Assembly: GCA_033762815.1 (NCBI GenBank)
Contig: JANRLF010000001.1
Location: forward strand, 324,490-388,489
Direction of reading: 5' to 3'
Origin: Chitinophagales bacterium
Lineage (GTDB): Bacteria; Bacteroidota; Bacteroidia; Chitinophagales; CAIOSU01
DNA: 64,000 nucleotides
Part shown: piece after piece, positions 27,284 to 37,454 of the stretch
How the letters are laid out: each line of letters starts with the position of its first letter
How positions within the stretch are numbered: position 1 is the stretch's first letter
The notes under the pieces: generated by a model
What the model saw: the letters and a program-made list of their open reading frames with translations, nothing else
Told to the model about the DNA's origin: nothing
The model's database searches: none
Translations under genes and position numbers: made by a program

Positions 27284-30124
27284 ATGCGTTCTATCTTTCT
27301 AGTATTATTGTGTTGCTGCCAATTTTTTGCTTTGATGGGGCAAAACGAGCCTGAAAAGGAAAAGCAGTTCGTTACCAATGCCCGTCAATTGATTTATGAA
27401 GGCAAACGTTCTGGCGAAGGATATTTTTCGCCCGATGGCAATTACATGATTTTCCAAGCAGAAAGGGAACAGGATAATCCTTTCTACCAAATTTATATTG
27501 TCGACTTACAAAGTGGTGATGTGAATAGGGTATCGCCTGGATATGGTAAAACAACTTGTTCCTTTTTTGTACCTAACAGTAACCAGGTTATTTATGCGAG
27601 CAGCCATTTAGACCCTAAGGCAAAGGACAAGCAAAAAGAGGAAATGGACTTTAGGGCCAGTGGTAAAAAACGTCGCTATAGTTGGGATTATGAGCCCCAA
27701 ATGGACATTTTTATCGCTAATCGCGATGGTTCCGGAACCAAGCGACTTACCAGTGCCTTGGGATATGACGCAGAAGGCAGTGTTTCGCCCGATGGGAAGA
27801 AAATCGTTTTCTGTTCCAATAGGGAAGCATTCAATAAAACTTTGGGAAAGGAAGATAGCCTACGAAGGGAATTGGATCCAGCGTATTTCGGCGAGATATA
27901 CATTATGGACGTGGATGGCAGCAACCAGATAAAGCTGACCAACACACCGGGTTATGACGGCGGCCCATTTTTCTCGGCCGATGGCAGTCGAATCATTTGG
28001 CGGCACTTTGCAGAAGATGGCCTAACTGCCGATGTTTTTACCATGAAACTAGACGGTAGTGATGTGAAGAGAGTAACCACTTTTGGTGCCATGTCATGGG
28101 CGCCTTATTACCACCCCTCCGGTGATTACATTATTTTCGCTTCCAACAAACTGGGTTTTGACAACTTTGAGTTGTACTTAGTAGATGCTGCCGGAACCAA
28201 GGAGCCTATTCAAATTAGCCATACAGCCGGATTTGACGGCTTACCCGTATTTACCCCTGATGGGAAAAAGCTGGCTTGGACAAGTAGCCGAACCAAGGAC
28301 GGCAGTTCGCAAATCTTTATGGGCAATTGGAACCATGCAGCCGCTTTGCAGGCATTGTCCATAGCACCGCCAAAAACCAGCAATTCAGCACCCTTAATGC
28401 CGCCTAAGGCACCTGAATCCCGTTTCCGTGAATTGGTTGGCTATTTTGCTGCCGATTCTTTACAGGGGCGTATGACGGGCAGCGATGGCTTGAAGAAAGC
28501 CAGTAATTATGCCGTGCAACTTTTTAAACAATATGGGCTGCAACCCTTAGGAAAAGATTATTTGCTGCCCTTTCAATTTACGGCAGGGGTAAAAGCCGAT
28601 ACCAAGATGTGCCAAATGCAAATGGTGGCACCTAACAAAAAGACTTATGTCCTGAATACCGACTATTTCATTGCCCCTTATAGTATGAATGCCGAAGCAG
28701 AGGGCAATGTGGTTTTCGCTGGCTATGGAATCAAAACAGCCACAGGAGCCGAAGTAAGCTATAATTCTTATGAAGGGCTGGATGTAAAAGATAAAATAGT
28801 ATTGGTGCTGGATGGTTTGCCAGATATGGACGACCAACAGCGCAAACAATTGGTAAGGTACAGCAGCGAACGCTATAAGACCATGGTAGCGCGCGAATTG
28901 GGAGCAAAAGCCATTATCTTCATTACCTCATCCTCACAAGAAGCCCATGAAGAAAGGGGAGGCGCCAGTGCGGGAATTGTGGCTTTAATGATTAACAATA
29001 CCCTAGCCGAAAACTTAATAGGTACCCCTATAGCCAAGTTAAAAGAGAACCTGGCCAGCACCAACCCGCATGTGCAAAAGCAATTCGAAATAAAGAATTT
29101 GAAACTGAAACTGGCGGTGAAGTTGGACAAAGTGGAGAAAACCGATTACAATGTTGCCGCCGTGCTAAAGGCACCGCAACCTACCGATCAGTATCTTTTG
29201 GTGGGCGGGCATTTGGACCATTTGGGCTTTGGCGAAACCAGTTCCTTGGCTTCCGGTGAAAAAGAAAGAAAGGCTATTCATAATGGGGCGGATGACAATG
29301 CTTCCGGTTCGGCCATGGTCATTGAATTGGCCCGCCAGTTATCGGAAGCGGCTAAAAAGGATGCCAGCTTGCTAAGCAAGAACGTGATTTTTGTGCTGTG
29401 GTCAGGAGAGGAGTTGGGTTTAGTGGGTTCGGAAGCATTTACCAAAAATGCGCCCGTACCTATGCAAAATATCAAGGCCTATATCAATTTCGATATGGTA
29501 GGCCGATTAAAAGACAACAAATTGATTTTACAAGGCTTGGGCTCGTCAACCGACTGGACAAAGATGGTGGAAAAGAGGAATGTTGCCGCTGGATTCGATT
29601 TGGTGTTGCAGGATGACCCATACGTACCAACAGATGCCATGTCGCTTTACCAAGCCAATGTACCGGTGCTTTGCTTCTTTACGGGTATCCATGATGACTA
29701 CCACAAGCCGAGCGATGATGCGGATAAAATCAATTATGAGGGAATGGAACGTATCGAAAGCCTTTCATTGGATATTATCAAAGATTTATTGAAAAGGACA
29801 GCACCTTTGCCCTATGCGAAAGTGCAGATGACCGCTTCGCAAACTGGTACTAGCAGGGGTTTCACGGTTTATTTGGGTACCATACCTGATTACGTTGCCG
29901 AAGTGGAAGGGGTGAAGCTTTCCGGGGTAAGGGAAGGTGGCCCAGCCGAAAGGGCAGGCCTAAAGAAGGATGATATTATCATAAAGCTGGCCGGCAAGGA
30001 TATCAAAAATGTATATGATTATACCTATGTGCTGGGCGATTTAAAGGCAGGAGAGAAGATTGATATATCCATATTGCGCGATGGGAAACAATTGACCCTG
30101 GAAATTACCCCAGAGAGCAAATAA
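27284..30124 (+). CDS. secreted PD40 (TolB-like beta-propeller) - M28 aminopeptidase - PDZ multidomain protease
   Basis: Signal peptide, PD40 repeats, M28 zinc-binding motifs (HLDHLG, GADDNASG, EE), C-terminal PDZ. Start at the internal ATG at 27284. Confidence 0.8.
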   Translation: MRSIFLVLLCCCQFFALMGQNEPEKEKQFVTNARQLIYEGKRSGEGYFSPDGNYMIFQAEREQDNPFYQIYIVDLQSGDVNRVSPGYGKTTCSFFVPNSNQVIYASSHLDPKAKDKQKEEMDFRASGKKRRYSWDYEPQMDIFIANRDGSGTKRLTSALGYDAEGSVSPDGKKIVFCSNREAFNKTLGKEDSLRRELDPAYFGEIYIMDVDGSNQIKLTNTPGYDGGPFFSADGSRIIWRHFAEDGLTADVFTMKLDGSDVKRVTTFGAMSWAPYYHPSGDYIIFASNKLGFDNFELYLVDAAGTKEPIQISHTAGFDGLPVFTPDGKKLAWTSSRTKDGSSQIFMGNWNHAAALQALSIAPPKTSNSAPLMPPKAPESRFRELVGYFAADSLQGRMTGSDGLKKASNYAVQLFKQYGLQPLGKDYLLPFQFTAGVKADTKMCQMQMVAPNKKTYVLNTDYFIAPYSMNAEAEGNVVFAGYGIKTATGAEVSYNSYEGLDVKDKIVLVLDGLPDMDDQQRKQLVRYSSERYKTMVARELGAKAIIFITSSSQEAHEERGGASAGIVALMINNTLAENLIGTPIAKLKENLASTNPHVQKQFEIKNLKLKLAVKLDKVEKTDYNVAAVLKAPQPTDQYLLVGGHLDHLGFGETSSLASGEKERKAIHNGADDNASGSAMVIELARQLSEAAKKDASLLSKNVIFVLWSGEELGLVGSEAFTKNAPVPMQNIKAYINFDMVGRLKDNKLILQGLGSSTDWTKMVEKRNVAAGFDLVLQDDPYVPTDAMSLYQANVPVLCFFTGIHDDYHKPSDDADKINYEGMERIESLSLDIIKDLLKRTAPLPYAKVQMTASQTGTSRGFTVYLGTIPDYVAEVEGVKLSGVREGGPAERAGLKKDDIIIKLAGKDIKNVYDYTYVLGDLKAGEKIDISILRDGKQLTLEITPESK

Positions 30125-30162
30125 TTATTTTTTGTTTATCTTGGTGGCAAAATAGGGCTGAT

Positions 30163-30561
30163 ATGGAGTTCTCGCATATTGAAAAGCAAGGCATTATCGC
30201 TAATCTGGTAAAGCTTGCGCAGGTGGATAGGCAGATGTTGCCTAACGAGGTTATATACATTCAAAGCATCGCTTTGAAACTGAGTATACCACCCGCCGAT
30301 TTCCAAGATATCTTATCAAGGGTAGATTATTTGGTCAGTTCCTTACCAAGTAGCCCTGAGGTAAAGCAGCGCATGTTTTATATCGTTTGCAATGGTATGA
30401 ATATCGATGGCCAGTCAGCGCAAGAGGAACTGGAATTCTGCAAAAGGCTGGGCGCCAACCTATACTTGCAGAACGAAAAGGTGGCCCAGGTGCTTGAAAT
30501 GTTAAGGCAGCCAAATCAGGATGTAATGACCGAAGCTGTGTTTATCGCAGCATTGAATTAG
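30163..30561 (+). CDS. TerB-like tellurite-resistance/stress domain protein
   Basis: 132 aa helical protein with a TerB-like pattern. Upstream of the NfeD-flotillin pair. Confidence 0.5.
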   Translation: MEFSHIEKQGIIANLVKLAQVDRQMLPNEVIYIQSIALKLSIPPADFQDILSRVDYLVSSLPSSPEVKQRMFYIVCNGMNIDGQSAQEELEFCKRLGANLYLQNEKVAQVLEMLRQPNQDVMTEAVFIAALN

Positions 30562-30621
30562 TAACAGGTACTTTATATCCATATGATAATTATGAGTATA
30601 TTGGCAACATTGTTTTAGGGC

Positions 30622-31218
30622 ATGGAAGTTTGGTTTTCATCATTGTCTTTGTTGGAGAAAATACTGTGGTTCATAGCCATACCTTCTTCCATTGTTTTCT
30701 TCATTCAGTTATTGATGAGTTTCTTTGGAGGTGACCATTATGGTGACCTCGATTTTGATAGTGACTTTACTGGAAGTGAAGGCCATGATTTAGCGCAAGC
30801 TCCTGGCTTTTTCTCGCACGTGCTTACTATTCAGAATTTCGTGGTCTTCCTAACTATTTTTTCTTGGACTGGTATAGCCTGTTTACAATCGGGGGCAGCA
30901 GTTTGGTTAACCATTATATTGGCCCTCATTTTCGGCATTATTGCCATGTTGACTATTGCCTCCCTATATTTTTTCTTTGGAAGAATGGTGGAAACGGGAA
31001 ATTTGAAGCTTACTAACAGTATAGGTGCCGTTGGCGAGGTGTATATACCCATAAAGGCACATCGTAAGAATATTGGAAGGGTACAAATAACCATACAAGG
31101 GGCATTGAGGGAAATGTCTGCAATGACCGATTCGGAGGATGATTTGCCCACTAAAACTATTGTTAAAGTAAAAGAAATTGTCAATCAGAACATTCTTCTC
31201 GTAGAGAAAGTGGCTTAA
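30622..31218 (+). CDS. NfeD-like (YqiJ-type) membrane protein
   Basis: N-terminal TM helices plus C-terminal OB-fold-like soluble part. Immediately precedes the flotillin gene. Confidence 0.6.
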   Translation: MEVWFSSLSLLEKILWFIAIPSSIVFFIQLLMSFFGGDHYGDLDFDSDFTGSEGHDLAQAPGFFSHVLTIQNFVVFLTIFSWTGIACLQSGAAVWLTIILALIFGIIAMLTIASLYFFFGRMVETGNLKLTNSIGAVGEVYIPIKAHRKNIGRVQITIQGALREMSAMTDSEDDLPTKTIVKVKEIVNQNILLVEKVA

Positions 31219-31228
31219 ATTCATCAGC

Positions 31229-32773
31229 ATGGCAGCGGGTTACCTTATTATCATTATAGTCGCATTTGTAGTCGTTCTGTTTATCACCTTTATAGGTTTG
31301 TCGCAGCGTTATAAGCGTTGTCCTTCCGATAGAATATTGGTGGTTTATGGGCGTACCGGTACCCATGCCGATGGTGCCAATCGGTCAGCTAAATGCATAC
31401 ATGGCGGTGCGGCATTTATTTGGCCGGTAATACAAAGTTATGCTTGGCTTGACTTGACACCCATATCGCTTGAAGCCAACCTGACCAATGCGCTTAGCCG
31501 GCAAAACATTCGGGTCGATGTTCCCTCAAGGTTTACGGTGGGTATTTCTACCGACCCTGAAATAATGAACAATGCCGCCGAAAGGCTGTTGGGAATACCC
31601 ATGCCCCAAATTCAGGAGCTAGCAAAAGACATCATCTTCGGGCAATTACGATTGGTAATTGCAACCATGAACATTGAGGAAATCAATTCCGATAGGGATA
31701 AGTTTTTGATGAACGTGGCAGACAATGTAGATAGCGAGTTAAAGAAAATCGGGCTAAAACTCATCAATGTTAACGTAACCGATATCCGCGATGAGTCAGG
31801 CTATATCGAGGCTTTGGGAAAAGAAGCAGCGGCTAAGGCAATCAACGATGCAAAAATCAGTGTGGCCGAAAAGAGCCGCGATGGTGCCATAGGAGAAGCG
31901 AATGCCAAGAAGGACGAGCGGGTAAGCGTATCAAGTGCTATAGCAGATGCCAAAATTGGTGAAGCGGATGCCGAGAAAAAGGAAAGGATACAAATAGCTG
32001 ATGCAGTAGCCCAGGCAAAGATTGGTGAGGCAAGTGCCTTGAAAACCGAACGTATACAGGTATCAGACGCAAACGCAAGAGCGGTGGAAGGGGAAAACTC
32101 CGCCAAAATATCCATAGCGCAATCCGATGCCTTACGCAGGGAAAGGGAGGCCGAGGCAGTAAGCAAAGCCGTTGCGGCGGAAAAGGTGCAAAGTGCCAGA
32201 GCATTGGAAGAATCGTATGCTGCAGAGCGTGCTGCTGAAGACAGGAGGGCCGAAAGGGACAGAAGTACCAGAAAGGCCGACGTAATTGTACCTGCTGAAA
32301 TTCGCAAAGAAGAAGTGGCCATTCAGGCGGAAGCAGAGGCTGAAAGGATAAGAAGAATAGCAAAGGGCGAAGCAGATGCTATATTCATGAAAAAGGAAGC
32401 TGAGGCACGCGGCCTATATGAGATTTTGAGCAAACAGGCCGAAGGTTTCGATAAATTGGTGAAATCTGCAGGTGATAATAGCCGCGATGCGGTGTTGTTC
32501 TTAATTGCCGACCAACTGCCCGAGTTAGTTAAACTGCAGGTAGAAGCCATTAAAAATATTAAAATAGATAAAGTAACGGTTTGGGATAGCGGCGGTAATT
32601 CCGAAAATGGCGGTTCCACGGCCAATTTTATCAAGAACCTATATAAGTCAGTGCCTCCATTAGAGGGTGTGTTTAAAATGGCGGGAATGGACCTACCTGA
32701 TTATCTTGGCAAGAATGGCGGTGAAGATGCTGGAGCCGGCTCCGTTTCACCAGTGGAGATTGAAAAAGTGTAG
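31229..32773 (+). CDS. flotillin-like SPFH domain protein (YqiK/FloA type)
   Basis: N-terminal TM plus SPFH domain, and a long Ala/Glu-rich coiled-coil with repeated EA motifs. Confidence 0.85.
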   Translation: MAAGYLIIIIVAFVVVLFITFIGLSQRYKRCPSDRILVVYGRTGTHADGANRSAKCIHGGAAFIWPVIQSYAWLDLTPISLEANLTNALSRQNIRVDVPSRFTVGISTDPEIMNNAAERLLGIPMPQIQELAKDIIFGQLRLVIATMNIEEINSDRDKFLMNVADNVDSELKKIGLKLINVNVTDIRDESGYIEALGKEAAAKAINDAKISVAEKSRDGAIGEANAKKDERVSVSSAIADAKIGEADAEKKERIQIADAVAQAKIGEASALKTERIQVSDANARAVEGENSAKISIAQSDALRREREAEAVSKAVAAEKVQSARALEESYAAERAAEDRRAERDRSTRKADVIVPAEIRKEEVAIQAEAEAERIRRIAKGEADAIFMKKEAEARGLYEILSKQAEGFDKLVKSAGDNSRDAVLFLIADQLPELVKLQVEAIKNIKIDKVTVWDSGGNSENGGSTANFIKNLYKSVPPLEGVFKMAGMDLPDYLGKNGGEDAGAGSVSPVEIEKV

Positions 32774-32779
32774 TTATTG

Positions 32780-33172
32780 CTACGATACTTTGTTTAGCAA
32801 CAGAAGTTCAACGTCCAACAAGTATAATAACTTGGCAACTAATTGCTCAAGTCTGCTTGCCAGTTCTTCCAGGTGGTCGTGGGTAAAGTGATTGCCACCG
32901 TGGTTGATGTATTCCAATTGGGTAAGTACGGTATTTATTTTTTCGTTGCCGAAAAATTGCACGCTCGATTTCATTTTGTGGGCGGCTTTTTTCAATTGGT
33001 CAAGGTCATGGGTGCCTATTGCTAATTGTATCTGTGCCAATGATTGCGGGCCGGTAAGCTTGAACAGCTCTATAATTTCCACAATCAAATCGTTCGATTC
33101 GCCAGAAAGCTCTTTTAGAAAGGTCAGGTCTATTTGCAAATCCTCTTCAAGTTCCACACGCTTCATATCCAT
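32780..33172 (-). CDS. stand-alone Hpt (histidine phosphotransfer) domain protein
   Basis: Motif AAHKMKSS, matching the Hpt phosphorylatable-His consensus. Divergent from the hybrid kinase gene. Confidence 0.6.
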   Translation of the reverse strand: MDMKRVELEEDLQIDLTFLKELSGESNDLIVEIIELFKLTGPQSLAQIQLAIGTHDLDQLKKAAHKMKSSVQFFGNEKINTVLTQLEYINHGGNHFTHDHLEELASRLEQLVAKLLYLLDVELLLLNKVS

Positions 33173-33311
33173 TCGTTTACTGAAAAGATTTTACGTAAAG
33201 CCGCACCAAAAGTTAGGGTGAGCACAATCATAGTTTTTTTAGCTATCTGTTGGCGCAAAATCCTTTTAAGCCTGAATATTTATTTGCTATTTTAAAGCTC
33301 AATTATCAGGC

Positions 33312-36032
33312 ATGGAAATGGAGCCGCTGGATATTCTGCTCATAGAAGATAACGATGGCGATGTGCATTTGGTGCGTACCTTCCTAAAAAGCTCGTTTTC
33401 AGGACCACATACTTTGAGAAGTACCGATACCCTGGCCAAGGGGCATGTGGAGATAGGGGATAAGCGTCCTGATATTTTGTTGCTAGACCTAAACCTGCCA
33501 GACAGCCAGGGAAGTGAGTCACTGGAGTTTTTGAGCAAATACCACCGGCGTTTCCCTATTATCATCATGTCAGGCCACAACCAGCCTGAGTTAAGGCTAA
33601 AGGCTATTAAGCTGGGTGCCCAAGATTACATAGTGAAGGGAGAATATAGCGGAAGGTTGTTGGAGCGGGCCATTCACTATTCCATGGAACGGCATGCCAT
33701 GCAGCGCAAGCTGCGCAACTTTGCCAAGGAGCTGAATGATAAGCGGCTTAAGCTGATTGAGGCCCAAGCCATTGCCCAATTGGGTCATTGGGAGTTCGAC
33801 GCATTTCACCAAGTTTTCTATTGGTCAACCCAGGCTTGCCAAATATTGGACATGATCAATTCAAAAATGCCTCTTCGGGAATTTTTGGATATGGTATCGC
33901 CCAATGACAGGAACATGTTGAAGGAGGTATTTAGGCAGGCCATAGAGGAGCATAGCGAGTTCAATATTGATGTGGCTTTGGTGCTGCAGGACAAAAGCAG
34001 TCGTTTTTTAAACCTTCGGGTGAAGAGCAACCATGCCGCAGAATTGGACAAGAAGTTGATAGTGGGTACCATGCAGGATATCAGTGCCCGAAAGAAGATT
34101 GAAGACGACCTAAAGGCCAGCGAGGAAAAATACCACAACCTGTTCGACGAATCGCGCGATGCTATCTATATCACCACTGCTGAAGGCAATTTTATTGAAT
34201 TCAATAAAGCCACCTTGGAACTGTTCGGCTACAACAGGGTGGAGATTGCCAGCCTGAATGTGAAAGATTTGTACCTTGACCCTTTCGAACGGGTAAAATT
34301 TAGGAAAGAAGTAGAAGAAAAGGGTTTCGTGCGGGATTTTGAAGTGAAGCTGCGCCGAAAGGACAGTACAAAAATTGATTGCCTCATCACTTCCACACTA
34401 TGGAAATCGAATGATGGCAGCCAAACCGGCTACCAAGGGGTGATAAGGGATATAACCGAAAAGCGCCGCTCGGAAGATTTGCTGAAAGAAAAAGAAGTTG
34501 CCGAACGTTCTGGAAAATTGAAAGAGCGTTTTTTGGCCAACATGAGCCATGAAATCCGCACCCCTATCAATGCTATTTCAGGGCTTACCCACTTATTGCT
34601 TCAATCGGAGCTCAACGGTAAGCAACTGGAGTATATCAATGGTATCCGCTCTTCCGCAGAGCATCTGCTGGAGTTGGTGAACGATATCCTCGATTTTTCC
34701 AAGATAGAAGAAGGCAAGGTGGAGTTTGAGAGTATCCCCTTCGATTTGTACGAGGTAGTGAAGCAATCGGTAGAAACATTGCGCTTCAGGGCCGCCGATA
34801 AAAAATTGGAACTGAAGCTGGAAATTGAGCCGGAAGTACCCAAAATGTTAAAGGGCGACCCGGTAAGGCTAAAGCAAATCCTCATCAACCTAATTACCAA
34901 TGCGGTAAAATTTACTGACGAAGGTTATGTGCTCGTAGCCGTCAAGCTGGTGGAAAAGGGAAATCAGGATTTCACCGTTTCCTTTACCGTGCAAGATACC
35001 GGGGTAGGTATTCCAGAAGATAAACAGGAAACGATTTTCAGCAGCTTTACGCAGTTGGGTTATGATGTCAACAAGCCGGAAGGAACTGGTTTGGGCTTGA
35101 CTATTACCCGTCAGTTAGTGGAGCTGCAAGGCGGGGCCATTAGCTTAAAAAGCAAGGAAGGGGAGGGCAGTACATTCAAGGTAGTGTTGAAATATAAAAT
35201 GGCTGATGGCAGTGCTGCTTCACTGAAAACCAATGCCCTAGACTTTAGGGTAGAAGATATAGGCGCTAAACGGATATTGATAGTGGAAGATAAGCCACTG
35301 AACCAATTGGTGGCCAAGGAAATGTTGAAACGTTGGTGGCCAAATTTGCAAATTGATATAGCTGACAATGGCCGCATAGGGGTAGAAAAGTTGGGTGAAA
35401 GGCTGTTTGACTTGGTATTGATGGACGTACAGATGCCGGAAATGGATGGCTATGAGGCTACCCGATATGTCCGTAGCCGATTGCCGGAACCTTTCAAAAG
35501 CGTGCCCATTCTTGCCATGACCGCTTATGCTACTACCGGAGAGGCTGAAAAATGTATCGAGGCAGGTATGGACGACTATATATCAAAGCCGTTCGAACCG
35601 AAACAGTTGTATGATAAAATCATGATGTTGGTAGAAGGAAAGACGAGCCAGCCCGTACTAAAGCAAATAGTTGGGAATAACCCACCCCAGCAGCAATTCG
35701 AGCAGCTTGACTTAAGTTACTTGGATATGGTGGCGGGCGGTAATGAAAGCTTGCGCTCACAAATCATTGATTTGTTGTTGCTTGAAACGCCTGACGAGAT
35801 GGAAAAGCTGCGCAATTTCATGCTGGAATCCAATTGGCCAAGGGTAAGAGGTATTGCCCACAAAATGAAGTCAACGGCTACTTATATGGGGCTTAAGGAA
35901 ACCTTGGCCAACCTGAAGATGATTGAGGAATATGCCAACCAACAAGTAAATACAGAGAAAATACCCGAAATGGTGAAGTTGGTTGAACTGATATTACAAC
36001 CTGCCATTGAGCAATTGAAAGTAAAGCGATAG
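33312..36032 (+). CDS. hybrid sensor histidine kinase: REC-PAS-PAS-HisKA-HATPase-REC-Hpt
   Basis: N-terminal receiver (DILLLDLNLPD), PAS domains, H-box MSHEIRTPIN, N/G boxes, second receiver (DLVLMDVQMPEMDG), C-terminal Hpt (AHKMKSTATYMGL). Confidence 0.85.
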   Translation: MEMEPLDILLIEDNDGDVHLVRTFLKSSFSGPHTLRSTDTLAKGHVEIGDKRPDILLLDLNLPDSQGSESLEFLSKYHRRFPIIIMSGHNQPELRLKAIKLGAQDYIVKGEYSGRLLERAIHYSMERHAMQRKLRNFAKELNDKRLKLIEAQAIAQLGHWEFDAFHQVFYWSTQACQILDMINSKMPLREFLDMVSPNDRNMLKEVFRQAIEEHSEFNIDVALVLQDKSSRFLNLRVKSNHAAELDKKLIVGTMQDISARKKIEDDLKASEEKYHNLFDESRDAIYITTAEGNFIEFNKATLELFGYNRVEIASLNVKDLYLDPFERVKFRKEVEEKGFVRDFEVKLRRKDSTKIDCLITSTLWKSNDGSQTGYQGVIRDITEKRRSEDLLKEKEVAERSGKLKERFLANMSHEIRTPINAISGLTHLLLQSELNGKQLEYINGIRSSAEHLLELVNDILDFSKIEEGKVEFESIPFDLYEVVKQSVETLRFRAADKKLELKLEIEPEVPKMLKGDPVRLKQILINLITNAVKFTDEGYVLVAVKLVEKGNQDFTVSFTVQDTGVGIPEDKQETIFSSFTQLGYDVNKPEGTGLGLTITRQLVELQGGAISLKSKEGEGSTFKVVLKYKMADGSAASLKTNALDFRVEDIGAKRILIVEDKPLNQLVAKEMLKRWWPNLQIDIADNGRIGVEKLGERLFDLVLMDVQMPEMDGYEATRYVRSRLPEPFKSVPILAMTAYATTGEAEKCIEAGMDDYISKPFEPKQLYDKIMMLVEGKTSQPVLKQIVGNNPPQQQFEQLDLSYLDMVAGGNESLRSQIIDLLLLETPDEMEKLRNFMLESNWPRVRGIAHKMKSTATYMGLKETLANLKMIEEYANQQVNTEKIPEMVKLVELILQPAIEQLKVKR

Positions 36033-36136
36033 ACATCCATGTTAATCCACGGGTGGGTGTTTATTGTTTTGTATGTGAAAATTGTAAATTGCTGATTGCT
36101 TCCATTACCTTTACCTAACCTTAAAAGTCAAGTACC

Positions 36137-36667
36137 ATGGCACAAGAAAAAACCTACTCCATTTATTTGGTCGATGACGATGCCAAGCATCTGTTGCTTT
36201 TGAAAGAACATTTGGTAAAGCACTTGCCCTATAGCCTCAACGTTAAAACCTTTACCAGTGGTGAGGAAGTGTTGCAACAATTGGACAGTAAGCCAGATAT
36301 CATCATTTTGGATTATTATTTCGATGGAGCCGGTGCCGGTGCTTCCGATGGGGTGGATATTCTAAAGAAAATCCGTAACCAGAAACCCGAAATTCCTGTG
36401 GTGATGATGTCGCATGCCGATAAAATTGAGGTGGCAGTGACTTGTTATGATTATGGTGCCAAGGATTACATTATCAAGAATGAAACAGCTTATGCCAAAG
36501 CGCTGCTAGTTGTTCGCAATATCATCCATGAATTGAAGAAAGAAGAAGTGGCGCACGAGTATAAAGAGAGTTCAAAAAACGCACAACGCCTGCTTATTGC
36601 CTTTATTTTGGTGTTACTAGTGTTGATGACTTATTTATTGTACCGTGAGTTTGGCGGTGCCCGCTAA
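36137..36667 (+). CDS. single-domain response regulator with C-terminal membrane anchor
   Basis: REC motifs (LVDDD, ILDYYF, Lys region). Ends in a hydrophobic TM helix. No output domain. Confidence 0.7.
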   Translation: MAQEKTYSIYLVDDDAKHLLLLKEHLVKHLPYSLNVKTFTSGEEVLQQLDSKPDIIILDYYFDGAGAGASDGVDILKKIRNQKPEIPVVMMSHADKIEVAVTCYDYGAKDYIIKNETAYAKALLVVRNIIHELKKEEVAHEYKESSKNAQRLLIAFILVLLVLMTYLLYREFGGAR

Positions 36668-36688
36668 TGCGGAAACAAAACCCCTTTT

Positions 36689-37408
36689 TTGATGGAACCG
36701 ATTAGCTTGGAAGAAGAAGAACCGTTGGTAGAATTGAGAAAAGCTTACGTTTACCAGGGTAAGACCTTGGTATTGAACGGAGTTTCCTTGAAAGTAAAAA
36801 AGGGTGAATTCGTATATCTGATAGGGAAAACGGGCAGTGGTAAAAGTAGCCTGATGAAAACCTTGTACGGCGACCTATCCATTGACCAAGGCGAAGGCAC
36901 TTGTGTGGGTTACGAACTACACCGGATACAGACTAAGGAAGTGCCTTACTTGAGAAGGAAATTGGGTATTGTTTTCCAAGATTTCCAATTGCTGATGGAT
37001 AGGTCGGTGCACGATAACCTAACTTTTGTGCTTAAGGCCACGGGATGGAAGGATGCCAAAAAGATGGAGCACAAAATTGATGAAGTACTCACCCAAGTTG
37101 GCCTACAAACAAAGGGCTACCGTATGCCCCATGAACTTTCTGGCGGTGAACAGCAAAGGGTGGTAATTGCTAGAGCCTTGTTGAACGACCCTGTATTGAT
37201 TTTGGCAGACGAGCCTACTGGCAACCTTGACCCAGACACTTCGGACGATATTATGCAATTGTTGATTCGCATCAACAAAGAGCTGCATACTGCCATATTA
37301 ATGGCTACCCACAATTATCATATTATTGAGCGTTTCCCCGCTAGGATATTGCGTTGCAGCAACGGCAACGTGGCCGATGAGGTAAATCTGCACATGTTTG
37401 GAGGGTGA
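36689..37408 (+). CDS. ftsE: cell-division ABC ATPase FtsE-like
   Basis: 239 aa with Walker [10 protein letters not shown], signature LSGGEQQR, Walker [12 protein letters not shown]. No adjacent ftsX. Confidence 0.7.
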   Translation: MMEPISLEEEEPLVELRKAYVYQGKTLVLNGVSLKVKKGEFVYLIGKTGSGKSSLMKTLYGDLSIDQGEGTCVGYELHRIQTKEVPYLRRKLGIVFQDFQLLMDRSVHDNLTFVLKATGWKDAKKMEHKIDEVLTQVGLQTKGYRMPHELSGGEQQRVVIARALLNDPVLILADEPTGNLDPDTSDDIMQLLIRINKELHTAILMATHNYHIIERFPARILRCSNGNVADEVNLHMFGG

Positions 37409-37454
37409 ACATTTCATGCCCTTTATCGTTATCTTTGCCCAAAACCATTGAAAA

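Noticed and set aside
31801-32634. Antisense ORFs (173, 141 and 103 aa) inside the flotillin gene
   Set aside because: They fall in the GC-rich Ala/Glu repeat region of flotillin. Such regions routinely give long spurious antisense frames.
36689-37408. Generic ABC ATPase rather than FtsE
   Set aside because: No ftsX is adjacent. Length (239 aa) and motif spacing match FtsE/LolD-like ATPases, so the FtsE call is kept at reduced confidence.
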